NCBI GenBank assembly: GCA_963924565.1
Contig: OZ004612.1
Span: forward strand, 25,110,001-25,174,000
DNA from: Ascidiella aspersa
Lineage: Eukaryota
Length of the DNA stretch: 64,000 nucleotides
Direction: 5' to 3'
The notes below the pieces were generated by a model. That model ran no database searches, was not told where the DNA came from, and saw nothing but the letters and a program-made list of their open reading frames with translations. How positions within the stretch are numbered: position 1 is the stretch's first letter; each line of letters opens with the position of its first letter. The position numbers were made by a program, and so were the translations under genes. Below are positions 1 to 11,149 of this stretch, piece by piece.

Positions 1-606
1 TGGATTCGCCAGCACACCTTCTACACAAACCCAACCGCCACCCGATCGGTGCCTCGTACCATCTGGGTTATCAGCTACTCGGCCTTGGTCGGAATGGTCG
101 TCCTGCCGATTGGACAGGTGATTTTCCAGTGCCTGGCGCGCATCAACGCAACGCCGGTAGGCTGCGACTACTATCAACTGCCTGGATTTACGTTCTATTT
201 AACGCTTTTGGCACCGGTGCTGTTTATGCTTTTCGTGTTGGTACAGTTCATGCTGCTCGGCCTGGTGCTTTACCCCATTGCCAGTCACCTTCGCAAGAAT
301 CGGAGCGGCAGTAGCGGCAGCACGATACAAGATGTAATCGTTCGCCTGAGCATCTGCACCGGGATTTGCGTGGCCACCGACATTGGAGCCCTAATAGTTG
401 TTCTACATGGAATGCCGGAAGGACAATCTATGTCCTTCATGCCGCTCACGTTTAGCTTCAACGCGATCGCAAACGTCTTGTTTTTGTACCTGTCTTTTAC
501 GGACAAATTCGACCGGCTTGTTCCATTCAAAACGAGGATTCATTCAAATAATCCCAAAAACAAAGATTCCGAGAAAGGGCAGCAGACTAAGCAGTCGCAA
601 TTATAA
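1..606 (+). CDS. Orphan 7TM GPCR-like receptor, copy 1 (5' end outside the window)
   Basis: Open from base 1 (W-I-R-Q-H-T-F-Y...) to TAA at 604-606; nearly identical to the 3' two-thirds of ORF 2737-3717; C-tail type RIHSN...KQSQL. Confidence 0.85.
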   Translation, partial: WIRQHTFYTNPTATRSVPRTIWVISYSALVGMVVLPIGQVIFQCLARINATPVGCDYYQLPGFTFYLTLLAPVLFMLFVLVQFMLLGLVLYPIASHLRKNRSGSSGSTIQDVIVRLSICTGICVATDIGALIVVLHGMPEGQSMSFMPLTFSFNAIANVLFLYLSFTDKFDRLVPFKTRIHSNNPKNKDSEKGQQTKQSQL

Positions 607-2371
607 TAAATCGACCCGCGAAATAAAAGTAATGAAGTTAATTTTACTTTCGGACTGTGTAAATAAGTGTCACATCATTTGGATGTACATTATTGTAATG
701 ACTTGAGTCAACCGATATCTTTACTCCAGGAGCACTAATGTGATTGTTTTGCATTGGATTGAATTTACCTAAATATTTTTGCACAAATGACTTCATTTGA
801 GTAATTTTATCAAATAACTTAACTTGAAGTTGTAACTTCTAAATTATTTATGTTGTTTAAATTGTAACACATTTGTTAAACCGATTGTTTTTATTAAACA
901 CATAACTTGTCTATTTGAAATATTCCCTAGTTGTTAAACGCAAGTATATTTAAGTATGTTTTTTTTACAAGTATTTCTTTACGCAAGTATTTCAAGTATT
1001 TTTGTTTGTTTGCTTTGTTTTTGGTGTTTGTTGTGCAAAGTTGTCTTGAAATGTTTATGATTCAACATTTACATTAAGAAAAACCTTGGACTGGTACTTG
1101 ACTTGGACAGATAATGGCTTGGAATAGGATTGGATTTGTTGAAAATGACTTCACTTGGACTTAAGTCAAATTAAAATTTCTGATTTTTAAGATTGAAAAT
1201 GCGAGGTTTTATCTTTTTAGAGTGCACCCTGTGCGAATCTAGGATTTGTGTCTAACAATCTTGAACATTTACCATAAACAAAGTTAAGGCTCCGTCATAG
1301 GGTGACGTTGCAAAACAAGTCAACTATAACTTGTGTTTTCGTTTGAAGTTCTGAGTATTGTGTGTGTCACACCCAGTCTATTTGAATAAATTCAAGGAGA
1401 TGGGGGCTTAGTGTTCCTATGAAGCGCCATTACATTCACTTGCCTTTGCACTTGGGTTAAGAACCACTTGTTTCGATTGTAGCACCAGTATTCATTCAAC
1501 ATAGTGGTTCTCTTGATTCCAGAATCAAAAACATCAAAGTTACCAAAATTAATTGAAATAGTACAATGAATGTTAACCACTAATTTGCTTAACTAATAAA
1601 GTCTAAGTCAAGTCTAATTTAGTCATCACACGCAAAGTTTTTCTTGTCACAAATGCTTCAAGTTATGCTATTGGCAAAGAGTGACTAAATTGCACTTTAG
1701 TCTATATAAGATTACGACACTTAGAAGAAAAGCTGCTTCAGAAACAAACTAAAATAATATACTTTAACAAATACCTGTAACTCGTGCAAGCGTAATACAT
1801 AAAAGCAGCCCAACCGCATACTTGTAAACCATAACTGATGGGTCTTTAAGTGAAAATAAACGTGATTTGTTTTAACTGGTCGTGAATATACCTGATTTTG
1901 TTATAGCCAGAGGCAATGGCGCCCGTAGTTTATTTGTTGATTCGCCTACATTGCCCAGGTAAGGTTCAGTTAAGGCCTAGTTTTCTTTTCATGGAATGAA
2001 TGACCAACAAACTAACGAAATGAAATCTGCATATTTATTTACGTATCTGTTTATTTATTTAGTGATTTCGCGCAAGTATTTGAGGTCTGTATGCGGCCAT
2101 AGCAACGTTTATAGTTTCTTAAAAAAATTCGGAGATTTATGACATCTTCCGATGCCATTTTTTCTCTTAGGCTACTTCTCACTTTACGGGTTGGAATGGA
2201 GCAGTGAAGATTATGAAAGTCAATCTAATTAAACCCTCCAATTAACGAAATGGACTATGCCTATATGTGCCTATGCTATGCTACTCAGACAATGCGATGG
2301 ACATTGATTTCAATTGTTTAACGTTTATATTCCTGAAGGTCCCTAATTCTGTTAGAACGTGACTGATTGAC

Positions 2372-2447
2372 CCAACAAACAGGTGTTTAGGATTAAGTGC
2401 TCGTAGGAACTAACCGCGTTTGTCGTTTTTCAAGCAATGTGTTCACG
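2372..2447 (+). promoter_or_regulatory. Conserved upstream block shared by the receptor paralogs (putative cis-regulatory element)
   Basis: caacaaacagg(t/c)gttta..ttaagtgctcgtcg..aact.acc...aatg(t/c)gtt recurs at ~5499, ~10809, ~13893, ~18677, ~22250 (partial) and 48640-48719 (minus), although A- and B-type upstream regions otherwise diverge. Confidence 0.5.
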
Positions 2448-2736
2448 AATGTTCCGAGCCTGATCTAGACAACGTTTAGTCGTTTACTTTCCACCTACTG
2501 ATGTGGCAGCTATACTCCCTGAAAGCAAGAAAGTTTTTCAAGTTTTGTTTTGCAATATAGAAAACAGATTATCTTCATTTCGTACAGTGCACTTGAATAA
2601 CACTGTAAGAAATTTTGTAGGAAATAGTCAGTTGCACAGGTCCGAAGCCTTAAATTTTCACCCTGTGGACTGCCAAGAGTAATTTGAAACAGCCAACTCA
2701 AATTTAGTTGTTAAACGTTAAACAAGTCAAAACCCA

Positions 2737-3717
2737 ATGTCAACTTCCACCAGTAGTTTGGATGTGAGTACAGGGCCCGGAGCCTCGCCATCAAATGTTA
2801 CAGCACAACCTGGAGTCACCTTCGTTCCCTACGTGACTCGCCCGGCCGAGATATACATGCTGTTTTTTCTGCTGATCATCAGTCTCTACCTGACGGTGGC
2901 CGCGTCCTGGTACCAGTGGAAGCACGGCCAGGAATCGCTGAAGTGGACCAACCGTCTTTGCACCATCGCGCCCTCAACGCTGCTGCTTCAGTCATGCTTG
3001 TTTCTCATCGAGGTCTGCGGCACAAACCTGAGCGACGCGGTGTGCAGCTTCTACTTTATCGTCACCATTTTCCTGCTGAACTTCAACAAGTCCTTTGTCT
3101 ACTTGGTGCTATGGATTCGCCAGCACACCTTCTACACAAACCCAACCGCCACCCGATCGGTGCCTCGTACCATCTGGGTTATCAGCTACTCGGCCTTGGT
3201 CGGAATGGTCGTCCTGCCGATTGGACAGGTGATTTTCCAGTGCCTGGCGCGCATCAACGCAACGCCGGTAGGCCGCGACTACTATCAACTGTCTGGATTT
3301 ACGTTCTATTTAACGCTTTTGGCACCGGTGCTGTTTATGCTTTTCGTGTTGGTACAGTTCATGCTTCTCGGACTGGTGCTTTACCCCATTGCCAGTCACC
3401 TTCGCAAGAATCGTAGCGGCAGTAGCGGCAGCACGATACGAGATGTAATCGTTCGCCTGAGCATCTGCACCGGGATTTGCGTGGCCACCGACATTGGAGC
3501 CCTAATAGTTGTTCTACATGGAATGCCGGAAGGACAATCTATGTCCTTCATGCCGCTCACGTTTAGCTTCAACGCGATCGCAAACGTCTTGTTTTTGTAC
3601 CTGTCTTTTACGGACAAATTCGACCGGCTTGTTCCATTCAAAACGAGGATTCATTCAAATGATCCCAAAAACAAAGATTCCGAGAAAGGGCAGCAGACTA
3701 AGCAGTCGCAATTATAA
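2737..3717 (+). CDS. Orphan intronless 7TM GPCR-like receptor, copy 2 (326 aa; ECL2 Cys->Arg)
   Basis: Seven hydrophobic segments, Ser/Thr-rich N-terminus with NVT sequon, Cys at top of TM3 (DAVC), LWIRQ motif at TM3 end; PVGC of paralogs is PVGR here. Confidence 0.85.
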   Translation: MSTSTSSLDVSTGPGASPSNVTAQPGVTFVPYVTRPAEIYMLFFLLIISLYLTVAASWYQWKHGQESLKWTNRLCTIAPSTLLLQSCLFLIEVCGTNLSDAVCSFYFIVTIFLLNFNKSFVYLVLWIRQHTFYTNPTATRSVPRTIWVISYSALVGMVVLPIGQVIFQCLARINATPVGRDYYQLSGFTFYLTLLAPVLFMLFVLVQFMLLGLVLYPIASHLRKNRSGSSGSTIRDVIVRLSICTGICVATDIGALIVVLHGMPEGQSMSFMPLTFSFNAIANVLFLYLSFTDKFDRLVPFKTRIHSNDPKNKDSEKGQQTKQSQL

Positions 3718-5863
3718 TAAATCGACCCGCGAAATAAAAGTAATGAAGTTTATTTTACTTTCGGACTGTGTAAATAAGTGTCACATCATTTGGATGTACA
3801 TTATTGTAATGACTTGAGTCAACCGATATCTTTACTCCAGGAGCACTAATGTGATTGTTTTGCATTGGATTGAATTTACCTAAATATTTTTGCACAAATG
3901 ACTTGATTTGAGTAATTTTATCAAATAACTTAACTTGAAGTTGTAACTTCTAAATTATTTATGTTGTTTAAATTGAAACACATTTGTTAAACCGATTGTT
4001 TTTATTAAACACATAACTTGTATATTTGAAATATTCCCTAGTTGTTAAACGCAAGTATATTTAAGTATTTTTTTTTACAAGTATTTCTTTACGCAAGTAT
4101 TTCAAGTATTTTTTGTTTGTTTGCTTGCTAATAGCTTTGTTTTCGGTGTTTGTTGTGCAAAGTTGTCTTGAAATGTTTATGATTCAACATTTACATTAAG
4201 AAAAACCTTGGACTGGTACTTGACTTGGACAGATAATGGCTTGGAATAGGATTGGATTTGTTGAAAATAACTTCACTTGAACTTAAGTCAAATTAAAATT
4301 TCTGATTTTTAAGATTGAAAATGCGAGGTTTTATCTTTTTAGAGTGCACCCTGTGCGAATCTAGGATTTGTGTCTAACAATCTTGAACATTTACCATAAA
4401 CAAAGTTAAGGCTCCGTCATAGGGTGACGTTGCAAAACAAGTCAACTATAACTTGCTGTTTTCGTTTGAAGTTCTGAGTATTGTGTGTGTCACACCCAGT
4501 CTATTTGAATAAATTCAAGGAGATGGGGGCTTAGTGTTCCTATGAAGCGCCATTACATTCACTTGCCTTTGCACTTGGGTTAAGAACCACTTGTTTCGAT
4601 TGTAGCACCAGTATTCATTCAACATAGTGGTTCTCTTGATTCCAGAATCAAAAACACCAAAGATACCAAAATTAATTGAAATAGTACAATGAATGTTAAC
4701 CACTAATTTGCTTAACTAATAAAGTCTAAGTCAAGTCTAATTTAGTCATCACACGCAAAGTTTTTCTTGTCACAAATGCTTCAAGTTATGCTATTGGCAA
4801 AGAGTGACTAAATTGCACTTTAGTCTATATAAGATTACGACACTTAGAAGAAAAGCTGCTTCAGAAACAAACTAAAAGATTATACTTTAACAATATACCT
4901 GTAACTCGTGCAAGCGTAATACATAAAAGCAGCCCAACCGCATACTTGTAAACCATAACTGATGGGTCTTTACGTGAAACTGAACGTGATTTGTTTTAAC
5001 TGGTCGTGAATATACCTGATTTTGTTATAGCCAGAGGCAATGGCGCCCGTAGTTTATTTGTTGATTCGCCTACATTGCCCAGGTAAGGTTCAGTTAAGGC
5101 CCAGTTATTTTTTTTTCATGAAATGAATGACCAACCAACTAACGAAATGAAATCTGCATATTTATTTACGTATCTGTTTATTTATTTACTGATTTCGCGC
5201 AGGTATTTTAGGTCTGTATGCGGCCATAGCAACGTTTATAGTTTCTTAAAAAAATTCGGAGATTTATGACATCTTCCGATGCCATTTTTTCTCTTAGGCT
5301 ACTTCTCACTTTACAGATTGGAATGGAGCAGTGAAGACTATGAAACTCAATCTAATTAAACCCTCCAATTAACGAAATGGACTATGCCTATATGTGCCTA
5401 TGCTATGCTACTCAGACAATGCGATGGACAGTAAAGTCAATTGTTTAACGTTTATATACCTGAAGGTCCCTAATTCTGTTAGAACGTGACTAATTGACCC
5501 AACAAACAGGTGTTTAGGATTAAGTGCTCGTCGGAACTAACCGCGTTTGTCGTTTTTCAAGCAATGTGTTCACGAATGTTCCGAGCCTGATTTAGACAAC
5601 GTTTAGTCGTTTACTTTCCACCTACTGATGTGGCAGCTATACTCCCTGAAAGCAAGAAAGTTTTTCAAGTTTTGTTTTACAATATAGAAAACAGATTATC
5701 TTCATTTCGTACAGTGCGCTTGAATAACACTGTAAGAAATTTCGTAGGAAATAGTCAGTTGCACAGGTCCGAAACCTTTAATTTTCACCCTGTGGACTGC
5801 CAAGAGTAATTTGAAATAGCCAACTCAAATTTAGTTGTTAAACGTTAAACAAGTCAAAACCCA

Positions 5864-6826
5864 ATGTCAACTTCCACCAGTAGTTTGGATGTGAGTACAG
5901 GGCCCGGAGCCTCGCCATCAAATGTTACAGCACAACCTGGAGTCACCTTCGTTCCCTACGTGACTCGCCCGGCCGAGATATACATGCTGGTTTCTCTGCT
6001 GATAATCAGTCTCTACCTGACTATGGCCGCGTCCTGGTACCAGTGGAAGCACGGCAAGGAATCGCTGAAGTGGACCAATCGTCTTTGCACCATTGCGCCG
6101 GCAATGCTACTTCTCCAGTCCTGCTTGTTTCTCATCGAGGTCTGCGGCACAAACCTGAGCGACGCGGTGTGCAGCTTCTACTTTATCGTCACCATTTTCC
6201 TGCTGAACTTCAACAAGTCCTTTGTCTACCTGGTGCTATGGATTCGCCAGCACACTTTCTACACAAACCCGACCGACGCCAGACCGGTGCCTTGCACCAT
6301 TTGGGTTATCAGCTATTCGGCCTTGGTCGGAATGGTCGTCCTGCCGATTGGACAGGTGATTTTCCAGTGCCTGGCGCGCATCAACGCAACGCCGGTAGGC
6401 TGCGACTACTATCAACTGCCTGGATTTACGTTCTATTTAACGCTTTTGGCACCGGTACTGTTTATGCTTTTCGTGCTGGTACAGTTCATGCTGCTCGGCC
6501 TGGTGCTTTACCCCATTGCCAGTCACCTTTGCAAGAATCGTAGCGGCAGAAGCGGCAGCACGATCCAGGATGTAATCGTTCGCCTGAGCATCTGCACCGG
6601 GATTTGCGTGGCCACCGACATTGGAGCCCTAATAGTTGTTCTACATGGAATGCCGGAAGGACAATCTATGTCCTTCATGCCGCTCACGTTTAGCTTCAAC
6701 GCGATCGCGAACATCATGTTTTTGTACCTGTCTTTTGTGGACAAATTCGACCGACTGGTTCCTTTCAAAACGAAGATTGATCCAAACGATGCCAGAAACA
6801 AAACTGCCGACCAAGGCCAGGGGTAG
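5864..6826 (+). CDS. Orphan intronless 7TM GPCR-like receptor, copy 3 (320 aa)
   Basis: Intact ORF paralogous to copy 2; alternative C-tail KIDPNDARNKTADQGQG. Confidence 0.88.
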   Translation: MSTSTSSLDVSTGPGASPSNVTAQPGVTFVPYVTRPAEIYMLVSLLIISLYLTMAASWYQWKHGKESLKWTNRLCTIAPAMLLLQSCLFLIEVCGTNLSDAVCSFYFIVTIFLLNFNKSFVYLVLWIRQHTFYTNPTDARPVPCTIWVISYSALVGMVVLPIGQVIFQCLARINATPVGCDYYQLPGFTFYLTLLAPVLFMLFVLVQFMLLGLVLYPIASHLCKNRSGRSGSTIQDVIVRLSICTGICVATDIGALIVVLHGMPEGQSMSFMPLTFSFNAIANIMFLYLSFVDKFDRLVPFKTKIDPNDARNKTADQGQG

Positions 6827-7783
6827 CAGACTCAGAGTTCGAAAATATAACAAATCGACTCGCGAGTTATATTTCAACTTTCGGACTCTGTGACCACGTG
6901 TCACATTATTGGGATACATTGTTGTACAGGAATCTTGAGTCAACCAATATATATACTTAAGTGCACTAAAGTAATTGTTTTGCAATGGACTGACTTTACC
7001 TAAATATTTTGGCCAAAATGACTTGATTTGAGTAATTTTATCAACTAACTTAACTTGGAGTTGAGACTTTCATATTAATTTGTTGTTTAATTAAACAAAT
7101 TTTTAACCTTATTGTTTTAATTAAACACAATCAATTCTAAAATTTAAAATTTACCATAATTTTTAAGTGCAACTTTTTTGTTTTGCTTATTGTCTTGTTT
7201 TTGGTGTTTGTTATGCGAAGTTGTCTTAAGATATAATCAATTTACTAATTTTGATGGTTTAGCATATGTATTTAAAAGAGTTAGGACAAAAACTTGGACT
7301 GCTACTTGACTTGGATTAGTAATGACTAGAAATAGGGTTGGATTTGTTATTTATTGAAAATGACTTGACTGAGACTTCAATTAAAAATGTCTGCGGTTTC
7401 CAGCGTTTAAAAATGCGAGGTTTATCTTTTTAGAGTGCACCCTCTGCAAATCTAGAATTTGTGTCTAATTTAACCTTGAACATTTACCATAAACAACGTT
7501 AAAATTCTGTCATAAGGTGATGTTGAAAAACAATCACCTGTAACCTGTTTTTGTGGTTTCAAGTTGTGAGTATTGTGTGGAGCACACCCAGTTTATTCGA
7601 ATAATCTTAAGTAGATGACAGCCTAATGTTGCTAGGAAGCACCATTACGTTTTCTTGTCCCCGTTAAAGATCCACTACTTATAGAGTACCACGCGCATGG
7701 CAACTTTGAGACAAACACAAAAGTCATATTATAAGAATTGCGCCAAATGCAGACAATCAATCGGAGAGAACAGACGTTGGCAA

Positions 7784-9749
7784 CAGGGGACGTGGCGTTA
7801 TTTTGCACAATGTGCGCAAAAATGTAGACACCAAAATGTGAAAAAAATTTGTGCACATTTAGAACTGCCTTCAAAAATGTGCGCACTTTTTTTAACATTG
7901 AGCACACATTTTGAACTGCCTTCAAAAATGTGAGCACTTTTTTCGCAATGTTTAAATGCCTTTAAAATGTGCGCACATTTTAAGTTAGAGTTGTTTAGAG
8001 CAGGGCCGGCCAACTTCTCCGGTTGGCGGGCCAGATATGGAAAAGTGAAGTACTTGGCGGGCCGGATTAAGCACTGCCAAGGCGCATGCTTTGTCGCATA
8101 ACGGCGACTAATATTATACTCTTTAAACACGGCAACACTTTCATTGCACATCAAACATACTGCAATAAACTAAGTGCAATTATTAAACCGAAAATCAGTT
8201 TGTTTGGATGTTATGAGATAGATATTTCGCTACAAAACGCATCCTCAGTAGAATACTGATGATTAGGGCGATGACTTGACAAAAAAGTTAAATTTTTTTC
8301 AAAACTTACACGTTACCGGTAGGTCAAAACTAAGTCAAAAACAATAAAAAAGTTGTGGATATTGTGTGGAGCACACATTGATCGTTTACAAAATAAAATA
8401 AAAATCTACAAAATTTTATTAAAAAAAAGTTAGTTTGAGTTATATTCAACGACATTTTAACTGCATTACATCTTTAGTAGAGCAATACGATATACGCGAG
8501 CTTCCAGAATTAACCACCTGGGCCTAGTTTATCGCAATAGGTTCAGCTCAAACTTCGTTTTTGCATTATACAGTTGTTTATCTCTGATTTGAACAAATGT
8601 ATTTAAGAGTATTTGCTGTCTTTTTTCGCTGGACAACATTTTCTAAAATACCCCGTCGTTTGTTTTTCTTCGGCAATTTATAGTTATTTGACTTTTTAAA
8701 ATAACAAAAATATCAACTAAACATTTTTAATAATTTTGCATAAACCCGACAAAATAACTGATTTGTGTTCGATCGATAGTCAGTAAAACATCACAAATGT
8801 GTGGTATGACGACGCCAAGACACTAATGCTGTTGTTTAAATTATTATAAAATTTTAATTTTTTAAGTCAAAATTTTTCATCTTTTAGGTCTTATATTTTA
8901 AATATATAAATTTTAATTGTTGCCCTAATGATGATGGATCATTACCCTAAAAATAATTGCTCTAATGATGATGCTTTTAGTAGCAAAATATATTTATCTT
9001 ATAACATTCAAACATTCTTTGTCATTTGAGTACTCTATGCACGGATCTATATTGTAGCTTGAAAATAAATTGCAAAGCCGAAAAGGTCTTAATCAAGATG
9101 CTGTCGATCTACTTGACCTTTTTGGCTTTTCAATTCTTTGTCATTAATGTGCAACCAGAATAATTTGATTTTCACCATTCGGATTCAAGCAGATTTTTTT
9201 TTTGAAAGAAAGTTCTGATTTTTCCCGACTTGAGTGAAGAAGTACCTCGGCATCCAATCATTGTTAAACTAGCGCCACACCTTCCTACAAACTTACGTTT
9301 CTTAAGAAACCAATGGAAAAATATTTATTGTAAATTTTAAATATAATTTTAACCCAAAACAAAGAACTAAAGAATAACCAAGGATCACTATTTTTTGACG
9401 TAGTAAGCAAGTAGTGGGGGATTGTGGCAGAATGTGGCCGCGGGCCACAAATTCCACGATATCATGTAAGACCGGAAACTGTCTGCGCGCCGCTCAAAAT
9501 CCCGTCGCGGGCCCGACCCGGTCCGCGGGCCGTATGCTGCCCGCCCCTGGTTTCGAGTTTAGAATTTAGAGTTAGTGTTATTAGGGTTAGAGTTAGCTAA
9601 CTCTGCACTCTAAACTCTGTACTCTTGACTCTAACTCTAAAGTCTAACCCTTGCTAACTCTAACTCTAACCTAAATATTGCGCACATTTTTTGCACATTT
9701 TTTGGCGTGCACATTTTTGCGCACATTGTGCAAAAATGTTCGCATCCCC
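7784..9749. mobile_element. Non-autonomous repeat (tgtgcgcac-rich, with a ttaggg/ccctaa-like internal palindrome), interrupted by a nested hAT MITE
   Basis: Ends ttttgcacaatgtgcgcaaaaatg / catttttgcgcacattgtgcaaaa are inverted; a second copy lies at 27604-27922 in the opposite orientation. Confidence 0.65.
8001..9549. mobile_element. hAT-type non-autonomous DNA transposon nested in the 7784-9749 element
   Basis: Termini cagggccggc... / ...gcccgcccctg, gcgggcc subterminal motifs, 8-bp TSD gtttagag / gtttcgag (1 mismatch). Confidence 0.8.
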
Positions 9750-10286
9750 GTCTCGACGTTAGGGGCGTGGTCTTGTACCTTTCCTGGTAATGCCCCTATT
9801 TTATTAGGAAGATCTACGAAGAATGATATAGAAATTCATAGAGACTTACCGGTAACAAACTAAACTTTGTTGCCGCCATTATTAAGCTGTACAACATTTC
9901 ACCACAAAAGACCAGGGCAATTATTTTTTTCGATTTTCTTGTCTTTGATCAAAGTAAGTCCTTAATAAGTTCTAGTCATATTTAAAAGAGAAATATATTT
10001 TGCCACAAAATAAGGCATTATCAGTTTCTATAAAAACAACAACAAACACGTAAACTGGTTGGTACCAAAGTAAAATTGACAGTACTACCAAAGGCAACGT
10101 GCGACGTGAGTAATTGTAGGTTAAAAATGGCAGTTAAAAGTTATAGGTATAGAAAAATATATATATTTTTGATTTTTTCTATACTTGTATGTTCGTTGCG
10201 GGGTAATTGCACTTAAGTGGAAAACCGCTTGTTTCGATTGTCCTGAATTTCTAGTTGTTTAGCGTAGCACCAGTATTCGTTTAACA

Positions 10287-10621
10287 CAGCGGTTCTTAAA
10301 CTTTTTTTACCGCGGACCCCTCAATTTTTTTTTTGCTTTGCATGGACCCCGGTAGACAAGAAATGCTCCAAAATGACGTCATATTGACGCCACAAAACAA
10401 ATAGACTTCATGACTCTGTTATTTAGGCCGAAAAATGTGACAGTTAAATGCATAACTATACATTCTGTGCAAAACTGTTTAATTTTTAATTAAAGTGTTT
10501 TCTTTGAAAAATTATTTACTTCTTAAGTATACACTAGTTTTTTAATTAGGCCTTCATGGACCCCGTGAAACTAGTTCACGGACCCCCAGGGGGTCCATGG
10601 ACCCCAGTGTAAAAACCCCTG
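10287..10621. mobile_element. hAT-type MITE (ggacccc repeats)
   Basis: Termini cagcggttcttaaac / gtaaaaacccctg; perfect 8-bp TSD gtttaaca (10279-10286 and 10622-10629). Confidence 0.85.
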
Positions 10622-11149
10622 GTTTAACAGAACCGGCCAAAACAATCAGCGCACAGATTTCACACATATTTGTCGCAAGCATATGCATACATTATGCAAT
10701 GCCGCAACACATTAATAATTAAGGTGTATAGATGAAATCCCATAATCATCCAATGAATGCCGGTTCGGTAACTAATGTAATATAGACTGTCGAGGACTAA
10801 GTGGATCTAACAAACAGGCGTTTACTGTTAAGTGCTCGTCGATAACTGACCACCGTTGTTGGTCTTCAACTAATGCGTTTACGCTTGTTCTTAACCTCAG
10901 TCGCGCACAGCTTTCTTCTATTACAGCTGGTGGTGTCAAATGGAGGCAGGCTTTTTTACTCTAGTTCTCTTTTCGTATGACAGACTGAACTTAAATCACA
11001 GCAAGTATAGTTTAACCGTCAGTTACAAGCAAAACGCTTCGGATTAGTCACCTGGTTAATACCAATAGTTTAAAACCAAGAAACCAAGTTAACCGTGTGG
11101 AAGGCCATTATATCCCAGAGACTTTGATCAACACTAGATATATCAAGCG

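Larger units (their letters stand above)
1..6826 (+). repeat. Recent ~3.1-kb tandem segmental duplication (gene plus ~2.13-kb spacer)
   Basis: Spacers 607-2736, 3718-5863 and 12125-14257 are near-identical base by base; offsets 606->3717 = 3111 bp and 2737->5864 = 3127 bp. Confidence 0.95.

Noticed and set aside
1392-1580. 62-aa ORF repeated three times in the spacers
   Set aside because: GTG start, no recognisable motif; conservation is explained by the segmental duplication.
2916-3817. Repeated alternative-frame and antisense ORFs (MEARPG..., MFYMEC..., MNGTSR...) in each receptor copy
   Set aside because: They are shadows of GC-rich coding sequence, start at non-ATG codons in several cases, and recur only because the genes are recent duplicates.
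9555-9675. Telomere-like ttaggg/ccctaa tract
   Set aside because: Degenerate, short and inverted within a dispersed repeat; not a telomeric array.
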